A stretch of DNA of 64,000 nt from Thermoplasmata archaeon (GTDB lineage: Archaea; Thermoplasmatota; E2; JACPAO01; JAHFTW01), in assembly GCA_034667725.1 (NCBI GenBank), contig JAXDQS010000003.1:416001-480000 (forward strand). Direction: 5' to 3'. The notes under the pieces are model-generated. The model had not been told where the DNA came from. It did no database searches and worked only from the letters and a program-made list of their open reading frames with translations. The position numbers and the translations under genes were made by a program. Shown piece by piece: positions 54,308 through 62,956 of this stretch. Positions within the stretch are counted from its first letter, which is position 1. Every line of letters begins with the position of its first letter.

Positions 54308-55740
54308 CCCTGCGTGGGCATGAACACGCCGACGTCCTCGTCCGCCAGCAGCCGCACGCCGCCCGCCTGCCGCGCGAACTGCGGGTGGCTGATGACGTCG
54401 CTCGGCGCCGCCGCCGTGTTGCTCCAAGCCCCCAGCAGCCAGCCGTCGGCGTCGATGGTGGTCTCGAAGAAGTCGCCCAGGCGGCGGTCGCCGGCGGGGT
54501 CGCCCAAGGCGGCGTCGGCCTCGCAGGTCGTGCCTTGCTGGCAGATGGGGCCGACGTGGATCGGGTCGGGCGTGAACGGCACCACCGTCACCGACGGCGA
54601 CGCGCCGGTGGCGTCCAGCACGAAGGCCGTGTAGACGCGCCACTCGCCCGCGTAGGACTCGCTGGGGTCGTCGTCGACGCTGCCGATCCAGGAGACGGCG
54701 AACCGGCCGGCGGAGCCCGCCGAAATCCACGGCCAGACATAGGTGCCGTTGCCCGCCAACCCGAGGCCGAGGCGCGCGTGCGGCGTGAGGTCGAAGACCC
54801 ACGGCCAGGTGGCGCCCTCGTCGGGGGTGCCGGCGGCCCACAGGCCGTGCTCGCCTTGGGCCCAGGCGGTCCAGACGTTGCCGGCGGCGTCGAGGGCGGG
54901 CTCGGTCATCATGCGGGCGCCGCCGTCGGAGGCGTTGACGGGGGCGCGGGGCTCGCTCCAAGTGCGGCCGCCGTCGGTCGAGACCGTGATGCCGGTGCCG
55001 TTGCAGCCTTGGACGAGGTGGCCGTTGCGGGCGTCGGCGACCACGTCGGAGTTGCACGGGGTGTTGCCGCGGTCCTCCCAGGTGAGGCCCATGTCGGTGC
55101 TGGCGCGGAAGTCGGCGCCGGGCCCGAAGTAGTTGGCCGTGAAGTAGAGCTCGCCCTGGTAGGAGGCGAGCCACTGCCGGTCGACGGGGCCGCCGGAGGC
55201 CAGCGGGTTGCCGGTGAGCCAGGTGCGGCCGTCGTCGAGGCTGCACGCGACGCTTGCGGCGGCGAGGGCCTCCAGGTCGGTGGTGCAGACGGTGCCGTCG
55301 GCCAGGACCGTGAACTCGGGGTCGGAGACGCCGGCGCCGGGGCCGCGGGGGCCTTCCTCCATCTCGTTGAGGCCGACGTGCGTCCAGGTGGCGCCGTGGT
55401 CGGTGCTGCGCCACAGGAAACTCTGGCCCGCGTAGGGCGTCAAGAGCTCCTCGGGAAGCGGGTCGTCGCCCGGCCGGTAGTGGGTGAAGCCGGGATGCGC
55501 CGACACCAGGATGGTGCCCGAGGGCAGGACCGCGACGACGGGCTCGCCGCCGGCGCGCACGGTGTCGACCAGGACGGGGGCCGCGAACACGGGCAGGTCG
55601 GAAAGCGGCAGTCCCGTGAAGCCGGGCACGGCAGGGAGGCGCTCGACCTCCGCCGGCGGCTGGGGCGCGTCGTCGGGCTGGGTCTGGATGCAGCCCGCCA
55701 AGAGGGCAAGGACGAGGCAGGCGGCGGCCAGGAGGCGCAT
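54304..55740 (-). CDS. Lipoprotein with BNR/Asp-box repeats
   Basis: LLAGC; STDHGATW, SLDDGRTW, STDMGLTW, STDGGRTW; DRQW; LGDFFE. Confidence 0.85.
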   Translation of the reverse strand: MRLLAAACLVLALLAGCIQTQPDDAPQPPAEVERLPAVPGFTGLPLSDLPVFAAPVLVDTVRAGGEPVVAVLPSGTILVSAHPGFTHYRPGDDPLPEELLTPYAGQSFLWRSTDHGATWTHVGLNEMEEGPRGPGAGVSDPEFTVLADGTVCTTDLEALAAASVACSLDDGRTWLTGNPLASGGPVDRQWLASYQGELYFTANYFGPGADFRASTDMGLTWEDRGNTPCNSDVVADARNGHLVQGCNGTGITVSTDGGRTWSEPRAPVNASDGGARMMTEPALDAAGNVWTAWAQGEHGLWAAGTPDEGATWPWVFDLTPHARLGLGLAGNGTYVWPWISAGSAGRFAVSWIGSVDDDPSESYAGEWRVYTAFVLDATGASPSVTVVPFTPDPIHVGPICQQGTTCEADAALGDPAGDRRLGDFFETTIDADGWLLGAWSNTAAAPSDVISHPQFARQAGGVRLLADEDVGVFMPTQG

Positions 55741-55818
55741 GGAGGCGACTCCCAAGCGGCGGGCATAATGGTTGTGGCGGGGCGCGCAACTTTTCCCCCC
55801 GCCCTGGGTGGCCGCGGC

Positions 55819-56685
55819 ATGGAGGCCTCGATCGGCGCCACGCTCGTCACCGTGGCGATCCTGCTGTTCGGGGCGCTTCCGCTCTCGGCCGCCCTCACCC
55901 TGCTGCTGTTCTTCCCCCTGCGGGGCTGGGTGTGGGGCCGGGCCCATGCCGCCCGCGTGCTGCACCGCCACGGCATCGCGCTCGTGGCCTTGGTGGCGAT
56001 GCTGGTGCCGGAGAACCTCGAGTCCTGGATCGACCCGGAGGTGACGGCGATGCTGCCGTGGCGGGACGCGCCGACCGCCTTCATCGCCTCCTACGAGGGC
56101 GGCTTCCACGCCTGGCTCCAGGCCCTCCCCGGCCAGACCTTCCTGCTGCCCGTCCTGGCCGTCGTCTACCTCGCCGGCTTCCCCTACATCATCATCGCCG
56201 CCGTCGTGCATGGCGTCTGGCGCGACGACGGCGCCCGCGCCCGCCAGGCCGCCGCCGCCTACGCCCTCTGCTTCGCCATCGCGCTGCCGTTCTACCTGCT
56301 AGTGCCGGTCGACGAGGTCTGGCACCATTTCGGCCCCGGCAACGACGGCCCCGTCCGCCAGCTTGCCATGCAGCAGTACCCGCTGGTGCGCGACCACCTG
56401 TACGCCTTCAACGAGGTCAACAACTGCCTGCCCAGCCTGCACACCGCCATCAGCGTCGCCATGGCCTTGATCGTGCGCGGCACCCCGCGCTTCGGCAGGT
56501 TCGCGGCCGTCCTGGCCGGCCTCATCGTCGCTTCCACGATGTACCTGGGCATCCATTGGGTGACCGACGTCGTGGCCGGCCTGGGGCTCGCCTGGCTGGC
56601 CGTCTTCCTTGCTCGCCGCTTTTATCCTGCACAGGAAACCCTTCCCGTCGAAGCAACGGCCGAAGCCTCGTCGGATGGCTTATAG
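55819..56685 (+). CDS. PAP2-superfamily membrane protein (IPC-synthase-like)
   Basis: NCLPSLH and YLGIHWVTDVVAG motifs; multiple TM helices. Confidence 0.85.
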   Translation: MEASIGATLVTVAILLFGALPLSAALTLLLFFPLRGWVWGRAHAARVLHRHGIALVALVAMLVPENLESWIDPEVTAMLPWRDAPTAFIASYEGGFHAWLQALPGQTFLLPVLAVVYLAGFPYIIIAAVVHGVWRDDGARARQAAAAYALCFAIALPFYLLVPVDEVWHHFGPGNDGPVRQLAMQQYPLVRDHLYAFNEVNNCLPSLHTAISVAMALIVRGTPRFGRFAAVLAGLIVASTMYLGIHWVTDVVAGLGLAWLAVFLARRFYPAQETLPVEATAEASSDGL

Positions 56686-56739
56686 CCGGCCCCCGGTCTT
56701 GAAGGGCATCCGGCGCCCCCGCGGCGCCGTCGTGCTCGC

Positions 56740-57318
56740 ATGGCCGATCCCGCTTGGTCCGTCTTGGTGCGGGCGCATCCGCTGGCCATGCTGGTCATGG
56801 TGTTCCTGCTGGACGGCCTCGGCATCCCCCTGATGCCCGAGATCGCCATGCTCCTGGCCTTCGGCACCGACCCGACCTGGCAATGGGGCCTGACCATCGT
56901 CGCCCTCGCCGTCGCCTTGGAGGTCCTCGCCACCGCCCTCGTCTGGGGCGTCCTGGGCGCCATCGGCCTCCCCCGCCGCCTCCAGCGCGTCATGGACACC
57001 TACGCCGGCGCCATGCTGGTCAGCGACGAGCGCCTGCTCTTGGTCAACCGCTTCGTCCCCGTCCTCCCCGTCGTCGGCGCCTTCATCCGGGCCCGCCAGT
57101 GGCGCGTCGGCCTCAGCCTGTTCTACGTCGGCCTCGGCTCCGCCATCAAGTACGGGTTGCTGGTGACGCTTGCCGGCGCGGCCTACGAGTACTTCTCCAG
57201 CGCCTGGGCGTTGGGCATCAGCCTCGGCCTGGCCGGCGCCTTCATCGCGGTGTCGTGGGGCTTCGCGATGCGGCGCTGGTGGGTCGGGCGGCGCGACCAG
57301 GCGCCTGAGGCTGCGTAA
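56740..57318 (+). CDS. DedA/VTT-like membrane protein
   Basis: LLDGLGIPLMPE and NRFVPVLP motifs. Confidence 0.65.
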   Translation: MADPAWSVLVRAHPLAMLVMVFLLDGLGIPLMPEIAMLLAFGTDPTWQWGLTIVALAVALEVLATALVWGVLGAIGLPRRLQRVMDTYAGAMLVSDERLLLVNRFVPVLPVVGAFIRARQWRVGLSLFYVGLGSAIKYGLLVTLAGAAYEYFSSAWALGISLGLAGAFIAVSWGFAMRRWWVGRRDQAPEAA

Positions 57319-57339
57319 GGAAACCGACCTCACCGCCAA

Positions 57340-57519
57340 CTGGACACAGATTCCACGGACCTTCTGTGGGAATCTTCCGAATCTGTGCGAATCAGTGCTC
57401 GTCGCGGGGCCGACTGAGCACAGATTCCACAGACCCTGGCTTTGGTCCTGGCGGGGCCCAGCCAAAAAATTCAACAGAGTTCTGTGGGAATCTTCCGAAT
57501 CTGTGCGAATCAGTGCCCG
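57340..57519 (+). repeat. REP/BIME-like hairpin repeat cluster E
   Basis: Two units, the second with the insert module also seen in A and D. Confidence 0.85.
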
Positions 57520-57592
57520 GTTCCGTGGGTGCCTTGCCAACCCTGGACGCACGGAAGCCCACCGGAGACCCAGCGTTCCATCGGTGCGTCCA

Positions 57593-58951
57593 TCAGACCA
57601 GCTTGAGGACTTCCATGCCGCGGCCCAGGTCGCCGGTGAAGACGTAGCCGTTCCAGGCGCGGGCGTTCCAGGTGTTGATGCCCTCGGCCTGGTACTGGTC
57701 CAGCATGACGGGGGCCTTGGGGTCCGAGAAGTCGATCAGCAGCACGCCGGCGGAGTACCAGGCGATGACGATCTTGTCCTCGCCGGGCAGGACGGTGCCG
57801 AAGTGGGCCGTGCAGTTGGGGACCGCGGTGTAGGCGCTGCCCGCGGCCTGGCCGGCGACACTAGGATCTTGGTGGGGCTCGGTCGGCACGGCGGGCGCCT
57901 GCGGGGCGACGGTGGGCGGGGAGATCCAGCTCAGCATCACCGGGTCGGCCGGGTTCGAGATGTCGTAGAACCACAAGGCGCCCAGCGGCGTGGACAAGCC
58001 CGTCGTCTCCTCCTGGGCGAAGCAGGCGCCGGGGTTGCCGCCGCCGCGGTGCTCGTCGCCGATCAGCAGGATGTCGCCGTCGTTCGAGGCGGCCGCGAAG
58101 TGGTGCAGGTTGCGCGCCGGCGTCGTCCCGATGCCCGTCGGGTTGGGCGGGATGGGCGGGTTGGCGATGGGGGAGCCGACGATGGGCGAGTCCAGGTCCG
58201 ACACGAAGCCGAGGAGCTTGATGTTGAAGTCGCGCTTGGTGACGTCGAGCTCGGTCAGGTCCCAGATCTCGGTGCGCTGGATGGCGGCGCAGTAGGCGCG
58301 CAGCGTGCCCTGGCCGAAGACGCCGCTGAAGGTGGTGCCGTGGCAGCCGTGGGTGCCGAAGTCGCCCAGGATGCGCGGGTTGTAAGGGTCGGAGGCGTCG
58401 ATGAGCGCGTTCGAGCCGCCCACACCCTTGGACGGGTTGTTGAAGACGTACTCGGTGCCGGGGACGACGGCGATGTTGTGGTTCGCCTCGAACTCGACGA
58501 TGCTGGCAAACCTGGGGTTGTGGACGTCGGTGACGTCCCAGAAGTGCATGCCGTTGGTCTGGGTCGCAAGCACGAGGGTGCGGCGGCCGTCGGGGTGCGC
58601 GATGACGTCCGCCTTGCGGCTGTAGGGCGTCTCGGAGTCGTCGGGGCTGTCGTAGACCAGCTTGGGGTGGGTCGGGTCCGAGATGTCGGCGATGAAGAAG
58701 CCCTCGTTCTGCGCGGAGCCGAAGACGTAGTCGCCGGCCACGACGTTGCCCGAGCCGATCGGGTAGGCGGTGCCGTTGTCCCACGTGAGGCGGGCGACGG
58801 GCTCGAGGCCGACGGCGCGGGGCGGCTGGACCGAGGCGAAGCTGGGCTCCATGCTGAAGCCGGCGGGCTGCGGGGGCAGCGGCTCGTCGGGGTTGGTGCA
58901 GCCGGCCAGGAGAGCGGTGGCCAGGAGAAGGACAGGCAGAAGGGCGCGCAT
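57593..58951 (-). CDS. LVIVD-repeat lipoprotein
   Basis: LLAGC; DISDPTHP, DVTDVHNP, CHG, HHF, GDE, CTAH, WYSAG and RGMEVLKL. Confidence 0.85.
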   Translation of the reverse strand: MRALLPVLLLATALLAGCTNPDEPLPPQPAGFSMEPSFASVQPPRAVGLEPVARLTWDNGTAYPIGSGNVVAGDYVFGSAQNEGFFIADISDPTHPKLVYDSPDDSETPYSRKADVIAHPDGRRTLVLATQTNGMHFWDVTDVHNPRFASIVEFEANHNIAVVPGTEYVFNNPSKGVGGSNALIDASDPYNPRILGDFGTHGCHGTTFSGVFGQGTLRAYCAAIQRTEIWDLTELDVTKRDFNIKLLGFVSDLDSPIVGSPIANPPIPPNPTGIGTTPARNLHHFAAASNDGDILLIGDEHRGGGNPGACFAQEETTGLSTPLGALWFYDISNPADPVMLSWISPPTVAPQAPAVPTEPHQDPSVAGQAAGSAYTAVPNCTAHFGTVLPGEDKIVIAWYSAGVLLIDFSDPKAPVMLDQYQAEGINTWNARAWNGYVFTGDLGRGMEVLKLV

Positions 58952-59002
58952 CAGGGCCGAGGTCGGATGGGGGGGCAAAAGCGTTGCGGCAGTTGGACGG
59001 CC

Positions 59003-60235
59003 TTAGACCAGCGCCAGCACGTCCAGCCCGCGCTGCGAGTCGGCGGCGTACACGTGCCCTTCGTGGTAGCGTGCCTCCCACACCGAGGTCGGGGCGGCCT
59101 GGTGGACGGCGGCCACCTGGCGGGCCGCGGCGGGGTCGCTGAAGTCGACGAGGACGGTGCCGCCGGCGTACCAGCCGAGGACGATGAGGTCGTGGCCGTC
59201 GATGACGTCGCCCAGGTGCGTGCTGCAGTAGGCCGTCGGGCCGGGGGTCTCCTGGGCGCCGACCTGGTCGTACTCGAGCTGGAAGTAGCCGACGGGGGTC
59301 GGGTCGGCCAGGTCGGAGATGTCGAAGAACCAGAGCGCCGAGGTCGGGTAGCCGGCGGTGTCGGAGCAGGGCGGGGAGGGGGTCAGCACGCCCGCGAACT
59401 CGTCGCCCAGCACCAGCAGGGTGCCGTTGCGCGCGTCCCAGACGCCGTGGTGGATGTTGGTGCCGGGCCAGTCGATGACCTGCTGGATGACCGGGTTCAG
59501 CGGGTCGGTCGTGTCCCAGATCATGGTGTCCGAGACGCCGGCGCAGTAGGCGCGGTGCAGCTCGGCGTTGAAGGTCATCTCGTGGCAGGTGGTGGCGGTG
59601 ACGGGGCGGGGCGTGCCGCCGACGGTCACGACGACGGCCGGGAACGGGAACACCTTGACCGTCGGCTTGGCGGGGTCGGTGAAGTCGAGGATATCCACTT
59701 GGCCGGTCTCGCCGGCGCCGGGGACGTGGGTGCTGATGCTGCGCGAGTTGTAGACGACGGCGGTGCCGGGCACGACGGCGATGGTGTGCGAGCCAGGCAG
59801 GTCCACCGTGGTGACGACGAAGGGCGCTTCGGGCTGGGTCACGTCCACCAAGAGGACCGAGGCGAGGCCGCCGTTGGCCATGACGGCGTACCGGTGCCCG
59901 TTGGGGTGCAGGAAGACCTCGACGTCGCGGGTGTTCTCGGTGCCGTCGGCGCCGCTGGAGACCAGGACGGGGGCCGTCGGGTCGGAGACGTCCACGATGC
60001 GCAGGCCCGCGCTGCCCGACTGGTAGACGAGGTCGCGGTCCGCCTCGATCCAGATGCCCAGCGTGCTGTTGCCCTCCGCGTTCAGGAGGAACTGCATCCC
60101 GGTGAGGGGCTCGGGCACGCCGAGGGGGGCTTGCGCGGCGGGCGGGGACTCGGTCGGCGGCGCCGTCGGGTCGTCCTGGACGCTGATGCAGCCGGCGGCC
60201 AGGAGGGCGGCAAGAAGGACAAGGAGGGCGCGCAC
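59003..60235 (-). CDS. LVIVD-repeat lipoprotein (tandem paralog)
   Basis: LAAGC; DVSDPTAP, CHE, IHHG, GDE, CSTH, WYAGG and RGLDVLAL. Confidence 0.85.
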   Translation of the reverse strand: MRALLVLLAALLAAGCISVQDDPTAPPTESPPAAQAPLGVPEPLTGMQFLLNAEGNSTLGIWIEADRDLVYQSGSAGLRIVDVSDPTAPVLVSSGADGTENTRDVEVFLHPNGHRYAVMANGGLASVLLVDVTQPEAPFVVTTVDLPGSHTIAVVPGTAVVYNSRSISTHVPGAGETGQVDILDFTDPAKPTVKVFPFPAVVVTVGGTPRPVTATTCHEMTFNAELHRAYCAGVSDTMIWDTTDPLNPVIQQVIDWPGTNIHHGVWDARNGTLLVLGDEFAGVLTPSPPCSDTAGYPTSALWFFDISDLADPTPVGYFQLEYDQVGAQETPGPTAYCSTHLGDVIDGHDLIVLGWYAGGTVLVDFSDPAAARQVAAVHQAAPTSVWEARYHEGHVYAADSQRGLDVLALV

Positions 60236-60294
60236 GGGCTCGCGACGGGGAGCGCGGGGCAAGACCGTTTCGGCCGCCCTGGCGCCCTGGCACC

Positions 60295-60801
60295 TTATTC
60301 GTACTCGAACTGCCGCGAGTGGACCCACGCGATCAGGTCGAGCGCCACCTCGCACGACTCCGACACCTCGGGGTTCGGGTCGTGCAGGAACCGCTCCAGA
60401 ACGGGGACCGACGCCAGCTCGCCGATGGCACCCAAGGCCTCGGCGCATTCGTGGCGCACCATGACGTGCTCGTGCGGCTTCGCCAGCACCTCGGTCAGGA
60501 ACGGGACGGCGTGCGGGTCGCCCATCTGGCCGAGGACGTAGGCCAGCTCGTGGCGCAGCAGGGCGCTGGGGTCCGCGAACGCGGCCGCCAGCGCCTCGAC
60601 CGCCTCGGCGCCGCCGCGGTTCCGCAGCGCGAACACGGCGCGCATGCGCTGGAACATCGGCAGGCCGCGGTCCAGCAGGCGGGCGCGCAGCTCCGGCACG
60701 GTGGGGACGCCGGGCTTCGCCAGGTCTTGCGGCGGGGCGGGGTCCGTGCTGGTGTAGCCGGTCGCCTCGCGCATGGCGGCGAGCTGCGCCTTGCGGTCCA
60801 T
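60295..60801 (-). CDS. Half-length deoxyhypusine hydroxylase (DOHH)-like HEAT-repeat protein
   Basis: DPAPP, RAVFALRN, SALLRHELAYVLGQM, MVRHECAEALGAIG and ESCEVALD. HE motifs at H84-E85 and H117-E118, 33 aa apart. Confidence 0.8.
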   Translation of the reverse strand: MDRKAQLAAMREATGYTSTDPAPPQDLAKPGVPTVPELRARLLDRGLPMFQRMRAVFALRNRGGAEAVEALAAAFADPSALLRHELAYVLGQMGDPHAVPFLTEVLAKPHEHVMVRHECAEALGAIGELASVPVLERFLHDPNPEVSESCEVALDLIAWVHSRQFEYE

Positions 60802-60826
60802 GGCCGTTTCCAGGGGGCGGGCGACT

Positions 60827-62365
60827 TCAGGCTTGCGGCGCGGCGGGGCGCTCCAGGAGCGGGGTGCCGCCGGACTGGAGGGCGGCGCGGATCTCGATGT
60901 ACTTGCCGCCCTGGAGCGGGTCGGCGGGGTAGGCGATGAACAGCCGGCCGTCGGGGGTCGCCTCGGCCTCGAAGAAGTCCAGGAGGGCGCGGTCGGAGCC
61001 GGTGGGCTGGCAGGTGCCGCCGCGGGTGCAGACGCCGCCGAGGTGGACGTCGGGGTCCACGATGGTCTCGACGACGGTGGCGTTCGGGGTGCCGAAGCCG
61101 TCGAGCACCCAGGTGCGCAGGCCCCATTGGGCGGGCTCGTAGTCGGAGTCGGTCATGGTGGTGCCGACCAGGGCGGCCACGGCGAACCGGTCGCCGGCGC
61201 CGCCGACCACCCACGGCATGATGGGGCTGGCCTTGACCATCGCGTCGCCAGGCAGGACCGTCATGACCTCCATGGCGGCGGGCGGGTCCCAGGTGGCGCC
61301 GCCGTCGGCGCTGCGCAGCAGCCACAGGCTCGTGCCCATGGGCGCCGCCCCTGTGGGCATGGCGGACGGCCAGAAGTCGGTGGCGTAGGCGACGACGACG
61401 GTGCCATCGCCGGTGACGTCGAGGGCGGGCGCCATGTGCAGGCCGCTCCAGTGGCCGCCGGTGTCGGTGGTCCGCCAGGTGGCGCCGGTGTCGAGGATTT
61501 CCCACGTGCGGCCGCCGTCGCGGGTGCGGGCGACCTTCATGGTGAACTCCTGGCTGCCGTAGAGGATGGCCGCGGGCGCGGTGCTCGGCTGCGTGAACGG
61601 GATGTAGGCCGTGGTGGCGTCGGGGGCGAAGGCGACGGGGCCCAGCCAGCCGATGTCGCTGCCGAGGGCGAGCGCGCCGGTCCAGGTGGCGCCGCCGTCG
61701 AAGGTGGTGTTGACGAGGACGGCGCGGCCCTGCTGCTTGCCGTCCATGTCCTTGCCGGAGCCCATCCAGGCGACGACGAGGTGGCCGGGGGCGCCGGCGG
61801 CCATCCATTGCCGGTCGCTGCCTTCGCCCTGCTCGACGACGCTGCCCAGGTACGTCCAGTTGCCGTCGCGCCAGGCGTGGACCTGGATGCCGCCGCCGCC
61901 CAGGTTGCTGGCGTAGAGCGTGCCGGCGGCGTCGACCGCGACCTCGGCGTCGCCGTTGGCGGCCGGGCCGTCGTCGGAGTAGCGGCCGTCGCCGGCGCGG
62001 TTGAGGCGGGTCCAGGTGGCGCCGTCGTCGGTGGAGCGGTACACTAGGCCGTGGCCGCAAGTGTCCTGGCCCGGCACGTCGACGAGGTAGAAGCCGGCGT
62101 CGCAGCCGGGGAAGGCCACCGCGAGGGAGCCGTCGAGGGCGGCCCAGGCGCTGGGCTCGCCGCCGCCGTACACGGGGCCGGTCTTGGCGATGGCGCCGAG
62201 GAGGGTGAAGGTGGGGGCCTCCAGGGCGGCGGGCTCGACGGCGCCTTGCAGCACGTGGGTCCAGGGCGCGGGCGGGGTCGGAGCGGACGGCTGGGGGTCC
62301 GGGTCCGTGGGGTTGGTGCAGCCGGCCACGAGGGCGAGGACCGCGAGGAGGGCGAAAGCGCGCAT
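60827..62365 (-). CDS. Lipoprotein with BNR/Asp-box repeats
   Basis: LVAGC; GGEP, STDDGATW, DRQW, TRDGGRTW, SADGGATW and LLDFFE. Confidence 0.85.
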   Translation of the reverse strand: MRAFALLAVLALVAGCTNPTDPDPQPSAPTPPAPWTHVLQGAVEPAALEAPTFTLLGAIAKTGPVYGGGEPSAWAALDGSLAVAFPGCDAGFYLVDVPGQDTCGHGLVYRSTDDGATWTRLNRAGDGRYSDDGPAANGDAEVAVDAAGTLYASNLGGGGIQVHAWRDGNWTYLGSVVEQGEGSDRQWMAAGAPGHLVVAWMGSGKDMDGKQQGRAVLVNTTFDGGATWTGALALGSDIGWLGPVAFAPDATTAYIPFTQPSTAPAAILYGSQEFTMKVARTRDGGRTWEILDTGATWRTTDTGGHWSGLHMAPALDVTGDGTVVVAYATDFWPSAMPTGAAPMGTSLWLLRSADGGATWDPPAAMEVMTVLPGDAMVKASPIMPWVVGGAGDRFAVAALVGTTMTDSDYEPAQWGLRTWVLDGFGTPNATVVETIVDPDVHLGGVCTRGGTCQPTGSDRALLDFFEAEATPDGRLFIAYPADPLQGGKYIEIRAALQSGGTPLLERPAAPQA

Positions 62366-62528
62366 GGACGGGGGACTTCGGGGGCCCGTCATCAAGCTTC
62401 GGGGCCGGGCGATGCAGCGAAACGCCGGGTTGGCACCCGTTTGGATGCAGGATCGCAGCGGTCGGTCCAACATGCTCTTGCAGGGCCCTGGGTTTGGGCG
62501 GCCCGGTCCTCGGACCACGTGAACACCC

Positions 62529-62909
62529 ATGAAGACGACAACCCTGCTTGTGCTGGCCGCCGCCAGCCTGCTGCTTTTGACTGCCGCGCCGGCCAACGCC
62601 ATCCGCATCAACGGGCCTTCGCTCGTCGTGCCGTGCGAGCCGACCCCGCCCCCGTCCAGCGGCGGCCTCAACGGCTTCCTCGAGGGCGCCCTGCACGGCG
62701 CCACCACCGAGCTGTGCAACCAGTACGACGCCCTGATGGTCGAGGTCAACCGCGTGTACGGCGAGACCGTCACCAAGGCCAACGAGGTCGTGGACCAGGT
62801 CGAGCCCTTGGTCGAGGAGCAGCAGGACTTCGCCTGCGTCCTCATGTACGGCGAGCCGGACCCCCAGCCCGAGCGCGACCTCTGCCGCGAGATCGTCATC
62901 GGCGTCTGA
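62529..62909 (+). CDS. Small secreted protein with 4 Cys
   Basis: Signal peptide MKTTTLLVLAAASLLLLTAAPANA; pyrimidine tract after the stop. Confidence 0.65.
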   Translation: MKTTTLLVLAAASLLLLTAAPANAIRINGPSLVVPCEPTPPPSSGGLNGFLEGALHGATTELCNQYDALMVEVNRVYGETVTKANEVVDQVEPLVEEQQDFACVLMYGEPDPQPERDLCREIVIGV

Positions 62910-62956
62910 GCCAACCCGGTCCTGCGGTTCCCCTTCTCCCCCTTTTCCTTGCGTTT

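Noticed and set aside
35460-57519. CRISPR mini-arrays
   Set aside because: Units are ~65-72 nt with only ~10-15 nt GC-rich linkers, are degenerate and scattered in 3' UTRs. There are no unique 30-40 nt spacers, leader or cas genes.
60295-60801. Pseudogene fragment of a full-length DOHH
   Set aside because: It has its own ATG and stop and is tightly flanked by intact lipoprotein genes, leaving no room for a second arm.
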